Shown here: positions 63,560-64,000 of the stretch, piece by piece
How positions within the stretch are numbered: position 1 is the stretch's first letter
Layout: each line of letters begins with the position of its first letter
Assembly: GCA_951406725.2 (NCBI GenBank)
Contig: OX597818.1
Location: 124,620,001 to 124,684,000, forward strand
DNA: 64,000 nucleotides
DNA from: Octopus vulgaris
Taxonomy: Eukaryota
Direction of reading: 5' to 3'
Translations under genes and position numbers: made by a program
Notes under the pieces: generated by a model
What the model was told of the DNA's origin: nothing
The model's input: the letters and a program-made list of their open reading frames with translations, nothing else
Database searches by the model: none

Positions 63560-64000
63560 TTATGTTGGTCTAAACCACCCTCCTCTTGTTTCTTCTGGAG
63601 TCTCAAGCCTTATCTCCAACATTATTTCTCTTTGGTAAGATATGTATAACATCTATTATCTTTTGTTTTTGTCTTGTTTCTGTCATTAGACTCTGATCAT
63701 GCTGGTGCACCACCTTGAATTCTAGTCAAATAAATCAAATCAATCTCAGTACTTACTAATTTATTTTTTGTAAAGCTTGGTACTTTGGTACTTTTTCTAT
63801 TGTGCTCTTTTGCCAAATCCTTAAGTTTGGCAAAAGAGACAAACCAGTTGTCAAACAGTGGTAGGGGATGAACACATACACACATACACGCATATATATA
63901 TACATACTAGTTGACGTACCCGGTAATTCCTGGAAAAGCAGGGCTTATTCCTTGGTTCCGTTCTCATAATTGTTTCACTAATCCAATAACAATACAAAGT

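Overview
Eukaryotic, repeat-saturated, AT-rich genomic DNA. The SINE and RTE families and the microsatellite density suggest an octopod cephalopod; this is an inference. One host gene is recognisable: the 3' part of an IQCK (IQ motif-containing K) orthologue on the minus strand. It has five phase-compatible GT-AG exons (53087-52990, 42900-42848, 36287-36210, 32590-32506, 25618-25451) and a weaker upstream candidate exon (62693-62590). The rest is dead mobile DNA: two long RTE LINEs; CR1, Tx1/L1, R4/Dong and HERO LINE fragments; four mariner copies; a 2.5-kb hAT relic; piggyBac-, hAT- and Tigger-type MITEs; at least four tRNA-derived SINE families; and many microsatellites. Most ORFs in the track are microsatellite artefacts. 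The most interesting signal is at the RNA level. (1) Five loci from three unrelated repeat families carry all three hammerhead-ribozyme core strands in the order [stem III'-UH-stem I], [GAAA-stem III], [stem I'-CUGANGA]. This is the reverse cyclic order and cannot be a type I, II or III circular permutation. Stem I shows compensatory base changes between copies. (2) A 342-nt tandem unit with a minimal type I hammerhead (1110-1608) has the layout of a non-LTR retrozyme. (3) Several small Penelope-type hammerhead elements sit in (TA)n tracts, and long fold-back hairpins cluster at 54.9-56.9 kb. All structures were read by eye; no folding program or database search was run.
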